From NCBI GenBank assembly GCA_963771885.1, contig CAVYVF010000023.1, positions 832,001 to 896,000 of the forward strand: DNA of 64,000 nucleotides, given 5' to 3'. Each line of letters begins with the position of its first letter. The stretch's first letter is position 1. The notes under the pieces were generated by a model. That model was not told where the DNA came from. It saw only the letters and a list, made by a program, of their open reading frames with translations, and ran no database searches. The translations under genes and the position numbers were made by a program. Shown in pieces: positions 9,275 to 17,198 of this stretch. This DNA comes from Candidatus Bathyarchaeota archaeon. Lineage in GTDB: Archaea; Thermoproteota; Bathyarchaeia; TCS64.

Positions 9275-9538
9275 ATGAGTGAATCGAAGTCCGTCGCGAA
9301 GGTCTACTCCCTCCCAGATTGTAAAAAATGTGAGATTCTTAAGGCGTATATGAAGGAGAAAGGGATACCCTTTGAGGCCAAGTGGTTCGACACGGAGGCT
9401 CAGACGGAGTTCGTCATGTTGAACATGTTTGGCAACCCCCCGGTTCTCGTGATGGGTGATCGCTTGGCGTCGGCGGAGAACATGTTCCCCCTTGGGGAGC
9501 TGAGCGAGGAAGCGGTGAGGAGTGTTTTGAATGCTTAA
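9275..9538 (+). CDS. nrdH: Glutaredoxin-like NrdH redoxin
   Basis: VYSLPDCKKC (CxxC), NPP cis-Pro loop; overlaps nrdD start; GGTGA RBS. Confidence 0.8.
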   Translation: MSESKSVAKVYSLPDCKKCEILKAYMKEKGIPFEAKWFDTEAQTEFVMLNMFGNPPVLVMGDRLASAENMFPLGELSEEAVRSVLNA

Positions 9539-11792
9539 GAGGGGCAGGGATCTTCCGGTCGGTCAGACTAACATGGAGCAGTTCTACAGGGCTGAGCGCC
9601 TGTGGAAGGGCATGCCGATGGTGCGCACCACCGACGGCTACCTTGTGGAGTGGAACAAGGCGAGGATAGTGGATCAGCTCGTCCGCGAGACTGAGCTGGC
9701 TGAGACCATGTTCGGCATCCAGCCTCTCAGCCCGTTGAAGGCGGAGAAGCTGAGCGCCGAGGTCGAGAGGCGCATCAAACTCTTCAAGCCCAAGGTCGTC
9801 TCCGGCCCAATGGTGAGGGAGATCACGAACAATGTGCTCCTCGAGTGGAGCGAGTCGGAGAACATGCCCGAGCTGCAGGTCTTCAGGAACATCCTGACTC
9901 GTGTCGGTGTGCCTGTGGTTGACGCGTACGAGATCGACACGGGCAGCGGCTTCGAGGCGAAGGAGAACGCGAATCTTCAGCCGAACCCGGAGACGGTGCA
10001 TAAGAAGAAGGCGGACAGGCTCAGTAAGGAGCAGTACCTGCTTCTGATGGACCCGACGCTAGCGACGGCGCACCACCAGGGTGACATTCACATCCACACG
10101 CTGGAGTACTTCGGCAGCCGTCCCTTCTGTCAGGACTGGGACCTGAGGTACTTCCTCTACTACGGGCTCATCCCCGATGGCTCGGGCTTCAGGAGCAGCG
10201 TGGCTGGTCCGGCGAAGCAGCCGGAGGTCGCCATACTGCACAGCGTGAAGGTGTTGGCTGCGGGGCAGACGAACTTCAGCGGCGGGCAGGGCTTCATGTA
10301 CTACACGATGTTCCTCGCCCCATTCCTACGCGGCTTGCCATATGAGAAGGTGAAGCAGCTCGCGCAGATGATGTTCTACGAGTTGACTCAGACCTACGTC
10401 ACCCGCGGCGGGCAACTCGTCTTCAGCAACATTCAGCTGCCGATGGGCGTACCGGACATATGGAAGAACGTCCCCGTGGTCATGAAGGGAAAGATAGGTC
10501 CTGACACCTATGGCAGCTACGAGGATGAGGTTCAGATGTTCTTCCGCGCCATCACCGAGGTGGCGCTTGAGGGGGACTACTGGGGCAAGCCATTCAACTT
10601 CCCAAAGAACGAGAACTACGTCTCCCCCGAGTTCTTCAAGCCGGAGTACGACGACCTCTGGATGCTCGTCCACGAGAGCGTGGGCAAGTTCGGGGCACCT
10701 TACTTCGACAACATGCTCCCGACATACCGCGGCTACGGCAACGGCATCAGCTGCTACCAGTGCTGCGCGTACCAGTTCGCGAACACCCCTGAGACTGACC
10801 CCAAGTTCCACGAGAAGCTGAACTTCGATGAGGGGCAGCACTTCAGCATGGGTGGCTGGCAAGTCGTCAGCCTCAACATGCCCCGCATGGCATACCGCGC
10901 CAACGGCGACTACGATAAACTGCTGGAGGCGGCGCAAGAGAACATGCGTATGGCGATCGACGTCTTCAAAGCGAAGCAGTTCTGGATGAAGAAAGCCCTC
11001 GCCAATAACATGGTGCCTTTCGCCACGCAGACCCCGAGGGATCCACGCACGGGGAAGGTGGGGCCGCCGGCCGTCGACTTCAGCGAGCTGGTGAACGTCA
11101 TCGGCGTCGTGGGAGTCAACGAGATGGTCCAGCACTTCACGGGGAAGCAGCTGCACGAGGACCCCGACTCCGTAAAGCTGGCGGTCAGGCTCCTGCTTGA
11201 CATGGAGAAGTACCGGAAGGGGCTTGAGATGAGGAACGGGTTCAAGGTTATGCTAGCCCGTACGCCCGCGGAGTCCACAGCGCAGACCTTCGCCGTGGCC
11301 GACCTCGTCTCGCCGTCCTACAAAAAGTTCGCCGTGAGCACGGTGAAGGGCGACATGGAGGGCGCAGCCTCGATATACAAGGGGAAGCGCGACTTGCCCG
11401 TCTACTACAGCAACGGCACACACACCTACGTTGGCGCCAAGATCCCACTCGGGAAGAAGATAGACATCGAGCACAAGTTCTTCCCCATACTCAGCGGCGG
11501 CAACATCTTCCATGCCTGGCTCGGCGAGGCGTGCAGCGACCCGGAGGCTCTCTACAAGTTGACTCAGCGCATCTGCAGGAACAGCCAGATCGGGTACTTC
11601 AGCTACACGAAGGACCTGACGGTGTGCAGCAAGTGCGCGAGCACATCGGCGGGGATGCTCAAGACGTGCCCTAGTTGCGGCTCGGAGAACGTGCGCTGGT
11701 GGAGCAGAATCACTGGGTACTACACGGACGTGACGGGGTGGAATGAGGGCAAGCGCGCGGAGCTCATGGACCGCTATCGCGTCACCATCTAA
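9531..11792 (+). CDS. nrdD: Anaerobic (class III) ribonucleoside-triphosphate reductase
   Basis: N-terminal ATP cone, KENAN, GDIHIH, TPAEST, YYSNG, C-terminal CxxC...CxxC and glycyl-radical motif SRITGY. Confidence 0.96.
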   Translation: MLKRGRDLPVGQTNMEQFYRAERLWKGMPMVRTTDGYLVEWNKARIVDQLVRETELAETMFGIQPLSPLKAEKLSAEVERRIKLFKPKVVSGPMVREITNNVLLEWSESENMPELQVFRNILTRVGVPVVDAYEIDTGSGFEAKENANLQPNPETVHKKKADRLSKEQYLLLMDPTLATAHHQGDIHIHTLEYFGSRPFCQDWDLRYFLYYGLIPDGSGFRSSVAGPAKQPEVAILHSVKVLAAGQTNFSGGQGFMYYTMFLAPFLRGLPYEKVKQLAQMMFYELTQTYVTRGGQLVFSNIQLPMGVPDIWKNVPVVMKGKIGPDTYGSYEDEVQMFFRAITEVALEGDYWGKPFNFPKNENYVSPEFFKPEYDDLWMLVHESVGKFGAPYFDNMLPTYRGYGNGISCYQCCAYQFANTPETDPKFHEKLNFDEGQHFSMGGWQVVSLNMPRMAYRANGDYDKLLEAAQENMRMAIDVFKAKQFWMKKALANNMVPFATQTPRDPRTGKVGPPAVDFSELVNVIGVVGVNEMVQHFTGKQLHEDPDSVKLAVRLLLDMEKYRKGLEMRNGFKVMLARTPAESTAQTFAVADLVSPSYKKFAVSTVKGDMEGAASIYKGKRDLPVYYSNGTHTYVGAKIPLGKKIDIEHKFFPILSGGNIFHAWLGEACSDPEALYKLTQRICRNSQIGYFSYTKDLTVCSKCASTSAGMLKTCPSCGSENVRWWSRITGYYTDVTGWNEGKRAELMDRYRVTI

Positions 11793-11946
11793 ACTTTAAT
11801 ACTTACTTTTCATCACCGCAAGACTACTTATTTTAGGAATTTAATCACTGTCGTCCTCGCTTCTGTCGATTCTCGCTTATCAATCAGAGAGTAGAGCAGC
11901 TCACGCCGCTGCCTCAGCTTATATCTGCTGAACCAGATCATTTTCC

Positions 11947-13330
11947 ATGACCGACTTTTCGAAGGTTGATTGCTTCATCCTCGATAGGATGTCAGAGACG
12001 CGACTCCCCGGAGTGAGCCTCGCCGCCGTTGAGAACGGCAAGGTAGTCTACACCCGTGGCTATGGGTTGCGTGACGTGGCGAAGGGCAAGCCAGCGACTC
12101 CCGATACTATCTTCTGCATCGGGAGCATCACGAAGTCGTTCACCTGTATCGCTATAATGCAACTGGAGGAGAGGGGACTTCTTAGCGTCGACGACCCAGT
12201 GGAGAAGCACCTGCCAATCAGGCTCCACGCCAAAGGAAAGCCCGTTAAGATCAGGCACCTGATGAGTCATACCAGTGGCATTCCCGCGACGGCCTACGCG
12301 GAGGCGGCGATACGCAACGCGATGAAGTCGGCGGATACCTACCTACCCCTCGCGTCGGGGGCGGACATGTATACCTTCCTCGACGGCGCCGAGGAGTGGG
12401 CACACAACGAGCCAGGGGAACGCTGGTACTACCTCAATGAAGGCTTCCGCCTACTCGGCGAGATAGTGGAGAAGGTGAGCGGGGAGAAGTACGTCGACTA
12501 CATCAAGGATCACAGTACTCGACCCCCTCGGCATGGCTCGCAGCACCTTCAGCCCAGACGCCGTTGATGCTGATCCCGACGCTGCAACCCCTTACATTGT
12601 CACACGCACCGGCGAACAACTACCTAGCACCTACCCCTACGGCATCGTCGGCAGCGACGGCGGCCTCGTTAGCAGCGCCAACGAGATGGCGGAGTACCTC
12701 AAGATGCTCCTCAACAAGGGCAAGACGGGCAGGAAGCAAGTGCTATCAGCCGCCTCCCTCGCCGAGATGACGAAACCACGCATAAAGACCCCCGACCAGC
12801 CTTGGATCACCAAGACCGTGCGCCACTACGGCTACGGCCTCGGCATCAATGTGGACCCGAGCGGCCCCACGGTCATCAGCCATGGAGGCAGTGTCTCCAC
12901 CGCGACAGCCCAGATCGCCTTCGTCCCCGAGGAAGGCATCGGAGTCATCGTCCTCGCAAACGGCACCGGCTACCCCCTCGCCACCATCGCTGACTACGCC
13001 CTCGCCGCCCTAGCCGGCCGCAACCCCGACCAGCTTCCGGCTATACGCTTCGAAAACACACTCACCGACCTCACCGGCAACTACGAGACATACAAGCACA
13101 CAATGAAGGGACGCGTCACCCGCCGCGGCAGCATCCTCCAGCTCGACACGGGCGACAAGTACCGCGACGTCGCCGTCCCACTCATACCCCTCGACTGGGA
13201 GTCACCCACCAAGACCTTCGAATCCCCCACCGGCGAGCGCAAACAGATCGCCGAGTTCTATAAGATGGACGGCGAACAATACTTAATCTACGAGCGATAC
13301 AAGTTCAAGCGTGTAGGCAAGAACCCATAA
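11947..13330 (+). CDS. Serine hydrolase (beta-lactamase/D-aminopeptidase family), one frameshift near 12512
   Basis: SITK (SxxK), LMSHTSG, YLN (YxN), HGG; ORFs 11947..12567 and 12533..13330 join by removing one base. Confidence 0.88.
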
Positions 13331-13437
13331 CTATACCGCCTTAGCCTCGACCGCCTTTTTTCAGAAGAGAAGACATAAGCCATCAATCGAATAGATCAAC
13401 ACCTCAATCTTTTAACCGACAAAACCGACAACAAGCC

Positions 13438-13644
13438 ATGAGTCAGAAGACCCAATCCGGGGCGGAGCACCTGCTCGCCCTCATCAGGGAACGCTACGGC
13501 AACCGCCTCACACCCAAGGAGCTCGACGAGGTACGCGCTAGCCTCACCGCCATACTCGACGGAGCCGCCATCATGCGTGCCGTAAAACTCGAGAACGGCG
13601 ACGAGCCCAACCAGACCTTCAAGCCGGAGGGCGACCCGGAGTGA
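13438..13644 (+). CDS. Small (68 aa) putative amidase partner subunit (GatC/AtzG-like)
   Basis: Helical small ORF ending L.NGDEP..F, GTGA overlap with amidase start. Confidence 0.65.
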   Translation: MSQKTQSGAEHLLALIRERYGNRLTPKELDEVRASLTAILDGAAIMRAVKLENGDEPNQTFKPEGDPE

Positions 13645-15032
13645 AGTCCTCCGTCTTCGTCCCCATCTCCAAGCTATCCCGACAAATCAAGGCGGGGAGG
13701 GTATCCCCCGTGGAGCTCGCCGAGACCTTCCTCGACCGCCTCGAAAAGAAGGGTCCCCGCTTTAACTCCCTCGTCACGCTCACCCGGAGCCTTGCCCTAA
13801 AGCAGGCTAGGAAGGCGGAGAAGGAGATCGAGGAGGGCAACTATCGGGGACCTCTCCACGGTATACCTTGGGGCGCCAAGGACCTGCTGTCCACTAAGGG
13901 CATCCCCACTACGTGGGGCGCCGAGCCCTTCAGGAACCGCATCATTGACACGGACGCAACTGCCGTCGTAAAACTCCGCGAAGCGGGCGCCGTCCTCTGC
14001 GCCAAGCTCGCCATGATAGAGTTCGCCGGCGGAATGGGATACCGACAGCCCAATGCTTCACTTACCGGCCCCCCACGCAACCCATGGAACCCCGAAACCT
14101 GGACCGGCGGCTCCTCAAGCGGCTCCGGGGCTGCCGTTGCCGCGGGGCTCATCCCATTCGCCATAGGCTCCGAGACCTGGGGCAGCATCCTCAGTCCAGC
14201 CAACAACTGCGGCGTCTCCGGGCTCCGACCTACATACGGGCGAGTCAGCCGTCGCGGAGCCATGGCGCTTTGCTGGACTCTCGACAAGCTCGGGCCTCTC
14301 GCCCAGACGGCGGACGACTGTGGTGTTATACTCGAAGCCCTCGCGGGGCCCGACTCACTCGACACGACCACGATCCAGAAGCCGTGGCACTACAATCCAC
14401 GTGCGCCTAAACGCAGACCACGTCTTGCTGTCCTCCGCGGAGTAGCCGACGACGCAAACCCCGAGGTCAAGGATAACTTCGAGAAGGCCCTCAAGGTTAT
14501 TCGCAGTTACGCTAACGTCGAGGAGATCGAGTTACCTGATCTACCCTATGAGGCGATCACCCGCACCATCCTGAACGCGGAGGCGGCGAGCGCCTTCGAG
14601 GACCTCGTGGAAAACGGCACGGTAAGTAAACTCACTGCCCCCGAGGATCACTGGGGACCTTACGCGCGCACGGCTCTCCTCGCCACCGACTACCTGCGTG
14701 CTATGCGCCTCCGCACGAAGATGGTCAAGGTGACCGCGGAAGCAATGGCGTCCTACGACGCAGTCGCTGCACCGAGCGCCAAGAAGCCGGCGACCCCGAT
14801 AACAGAGGAGTTCCGTAAGGTCGCCCCAGGCGCCACGAAGGACATCATGGGCGCGATCGGAAACGGCTGCGGACTCCCCGCCATAAGCGTCCCTGACGGT
14901 TTCACGGAGGCGGGGCTACCAACAGGAATCCAGTTCATGGGCAAGCCCTACCAGGAGAACACTGTCATAGCCATAGCCAGAGCCTACCAGAGCCTCACTG
15001 ACTGGCACACGCGTCACCCGGAGGAGGACTAG
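13641..15032 (+). CDS. Amidase signature family protein (GatA-like)
   Basis: GPLHGIPWGAKD, GGSSSGSG, IGSETWGSI (Lys/Ser/Ser triad motifs). Confidence 0.93.
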   Translation: MKSSVFVPISKLSRQIKAGRVSPVELAETFLDRLEKKGPRFNSLVTLTRSLALKQARKAEKEIEEGNYRGPLHGIPWGAKDLLSTKGIPTTWGAEPFRNRIIDTDATAVVKLREAGAVLCAKLAMIEFAGGMGYRQPNASLTGPPRNPWNPETWTGGSSSGSGAAVAAGLIPFAIGSETWGSILSPANNCGVSGLRPTYGRVSRRGAMALCWTLDKLGPLAQTADDCGVILEALAGPDSLDTTTIQKPWHYNPRAPKRRPRLAVLRGVADDANPEVKDNFEKALKVIRSYANVEEIELPDLPYEAITRTILNAEAASAFEDLVENGTVSKLTAPEDHWGPYARTALLATDYLRAMRLRTKMVKVTAEAMASYDAVAAPSAKKPATPITEEFRKVAPGATKDIMGAIGNGCGLPAISVPDGFTEAGLPTGIQFMGKPYQENTVIAIARAYQSLTDWHTRHPEED

Positions 15033-15418
15033 ATGACTCCCCCCGTCACGGGCTCTATCACCTTCTTCTACTACGACGACCTCGAACGCGCTGCCCGCTT
15101 CTACGGCGAGACACTTGGATTTCAGCTCGTCAATGACCCCGGCTTCGCCAAGGTCTACCATGCAGGCGCCGGGATACACGTGGGGCTCGTCGACGGGCAC
15201 CGGGGCTCCATGAAGCCCACGAAGGACAAGCCAGTAATGCTAAGCCTCTTCGTAGACGACGTAGACGCATGGTACAGGCACCTCCTCGCCGGGGGCTAAA
15301 GCTCGACCCGCCCACTGAGCCCGGTTACAACCCGATGCGCGTCCTTATCTTCAAGGATCCCGAGGGCTACACCCTCGAGTTCCTCCAGTGGCTCACACCA
15401 AACGGAAAGATGGCGTAG
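15033..15418 (+). CDS. VOC/glyoxalase family protein, frameshift in G run at ~15291-15296
   Basis: YDDLERAARFY..LG; restored C-terminus FKDPEGYTLEF ends at TAG 15416-15418. Confidence 0.82.
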
Positions 15419-15467
15419 CGCCGATTAGCCCCAACCTTAAACGCGGGGCGAACCACGCCCTAATGGG

Positions 15468-16061
15468 ATGAAGGCTACTGGGTTCACCCTCAGGTACATA
15501 GCTATTTACGCGGTGGTTTTCGCCGCCGTTGTATGGGTGTTCGGCGTCATACCCTCCAGCGGAGTAGAAGCCGCCACAGCGCAGACCACAACTTGGTTCC
15601 TTGCACTCCTCGGGCACGCGACGATCTGGGTGCAAGCCGACGGGTATACGACGCTCACCCTCGCCGGGCAGCGCGACGTAACCGTAACCATCGTGCGCGA
15701 ATGCACCGCCCTCAACGTCTTCGGCGTCATGGCCGGGCTCATACTCCCCCTACAGGCTAGCTGGATACGAAAAGCGAAGGGCATCACAGTTGCAGGACTC
15801 CTACTATTCGCCCTGAACATCCCCCGAATAGCCCTTACCGTCTACCTCACAGCCTACGATACCTGGCCCTTCACGCTAATCGCGGAGAGGAGCCTCGATA
15901 CCTACCACTACCCCCTAAGCTTCGCCTTTGGCGTCATAGGCGTCGCCGTGACGATACTCGCCGTCTCGAGACTGACAACCCCCGAACTAGAAAAAACCCT
16001 GCTGGGGATCGTTGACAAGACCGTAGGCTCTAGCGACCGAGCTTCTCGAGACTCCCCTTGA
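15468..16061 (+). CDS. Exosortase/archaeosortase family protein
   Basis: Multi-TM protein with IVRECTAL (Cys), LNIPRI (Arg) and a later His. Confidence 0.8.
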   Translation: MKATGFTLRYIAIYAVVFAAVVWVFGVIPSSGVEAATAQTTTWFLALLGHATIWVQADGYTTLTLAGQRDVTVTIVRECTALNVFGVMAGLILPLQASWIRKAKGITVAGLLLFALNIPRIALTVYLTAYDTWPFTLIAERSLDTYHYPLSFAFGVIGVAVTILAVSRLTTPELEKTLLGIVDKTVGSSDRASRDSP

Positions 16062-16106
16062 GCCCTGCCCTCAATAACTCGGCGTCGGAACCGACTCGGC
16101 GGTAGC

Positions 16107-16228
16107 GCCACCCCGGGTTCACTAACTCGACTTAGTGGTCGACAGCCTCACGGCGTATCCGCGTTGACCCTCGGGCATACGCCAAGTCTATGTCTAGAAT
16201 CGATTAACGCCTACTAGGCGGGGGTGGT
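16107..16228. ncRNA. Candidate structured non-coding element
   Basis: Closing stem GCCACCCC/GGGGTGGT enclosing three hairpins, between convergent genes; family unknown. Confidence 0.3.
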
Positions 16229-16251
16229 CTGAAAACCTGGTTAAGAGGAGT

Positions 16252-16590
16252 TTACTCTTCCTCTTCCTTCTTCTTCTTCGGGGCCTTCTTGACCTCGACG
16301 TCCTCTTCCTTTCTGATGCTTATGGCGATGGTGGAGACGTTTCTCTTCCCGCCGTCCTGGCCCTCGAGTTCTTCTGTCCCGATTTCTACCTCGGGTTTTG
16401 TGACACCTGTTAGGAACCTGTTTCTACAGACCTCGGCGACATCGACCGCGGTGCTGATAGCTTGGCCTCTCGCCTTTAGGACGACGCCGTCTGCGCCCTT
16501 CTGGTTAAAGGCTGTGAGAACTGCCATTACGTAGGTCATTACGGGTTTGCTGCCGATGTAGATGATGCTGTCTTCTGTCATGTCGATCAT
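16252..16590 (-). CDS. albA: Alba chromatin protein paralogue with charged C-terminal tail
   Basis: IYIGSKPVMTYV, KARGQAISTAVDVAE, RNVSTIAI. Confidence 0.92.
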   Translation of the reverse strand: MIDMTEDSIIYIGSKPVMTYVMAVLTAFNQKGADGVVLKARGQAISTAVDVAEVCRNRFLTGVTKPEVEIGTEELEGQDGGKRNVSTIAISIRKEEDVEVKKAPKKKKEEEE

Positions 16591-16723
16591 GTAGACGTAG
16601 CTGCAGTGCTTAAAAAAGTATAGAGTCTCTCCCGTTGTATGGATGAAGACGCTGAATTGGTTCTAGCGTTGAAGAGGTACGGGATGCATCCAACTTTTTA
16701 GGAGTAAGATACAACATCTACCC

Positions 16724-17198
16724 GTGTCGGTTCACGACTCATTCATGAGGCGAGCGTTCGACCTCGCGGCTTCTGCAGCCTCCAAGGGTAACCACCCATT
16801 CGGCGCCGTCCTCGTCTACTCAGGCGAGGTCACACTCACCGCCGAGAACACTGTTAACACGAGCATGGACCAGACGCGCCACGCCGAATTAAACCTAGTC
16901 GCCGAGGCACGTAGAACCTATCCCCAGCGACCACCTCTCCGAGTGTACGCTCTATGCGAGCACCGCTCCCTGCCCCATGTGCGCCTACGCTATCTGGGAG
17001 GCAGGGATAAAGCGGATCGTCTACGGGGTAACATACGAAACATTCGCCAGACTCGTAACAAAGGGTGCCCCCTACATCACTGTAGAGGAAATCTATAAGC
17101 AACTCAAGACACCCGCCGAGATCATCGGTGGAGTGCTAGAGGAAGAAGGAACAAGGGTATATAGAAACTGGCCCAAGCCGAAGATCAATCACGCTTAG
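16724..17198 (+). CDS. Zinc-dependent nucleoside/nucleobase deaminase, frameshift in C run at ~16922
   Basis: PFGAV, HAE and (after removing one C) PCPMC motifs. Confidence 0.85.

Noticed and set aside
13641..15032. gatA of the tRNA-dependent amidotransferase
   Set aside because: GSETWGS instead of GSDTGGS, and no gatB adjacent
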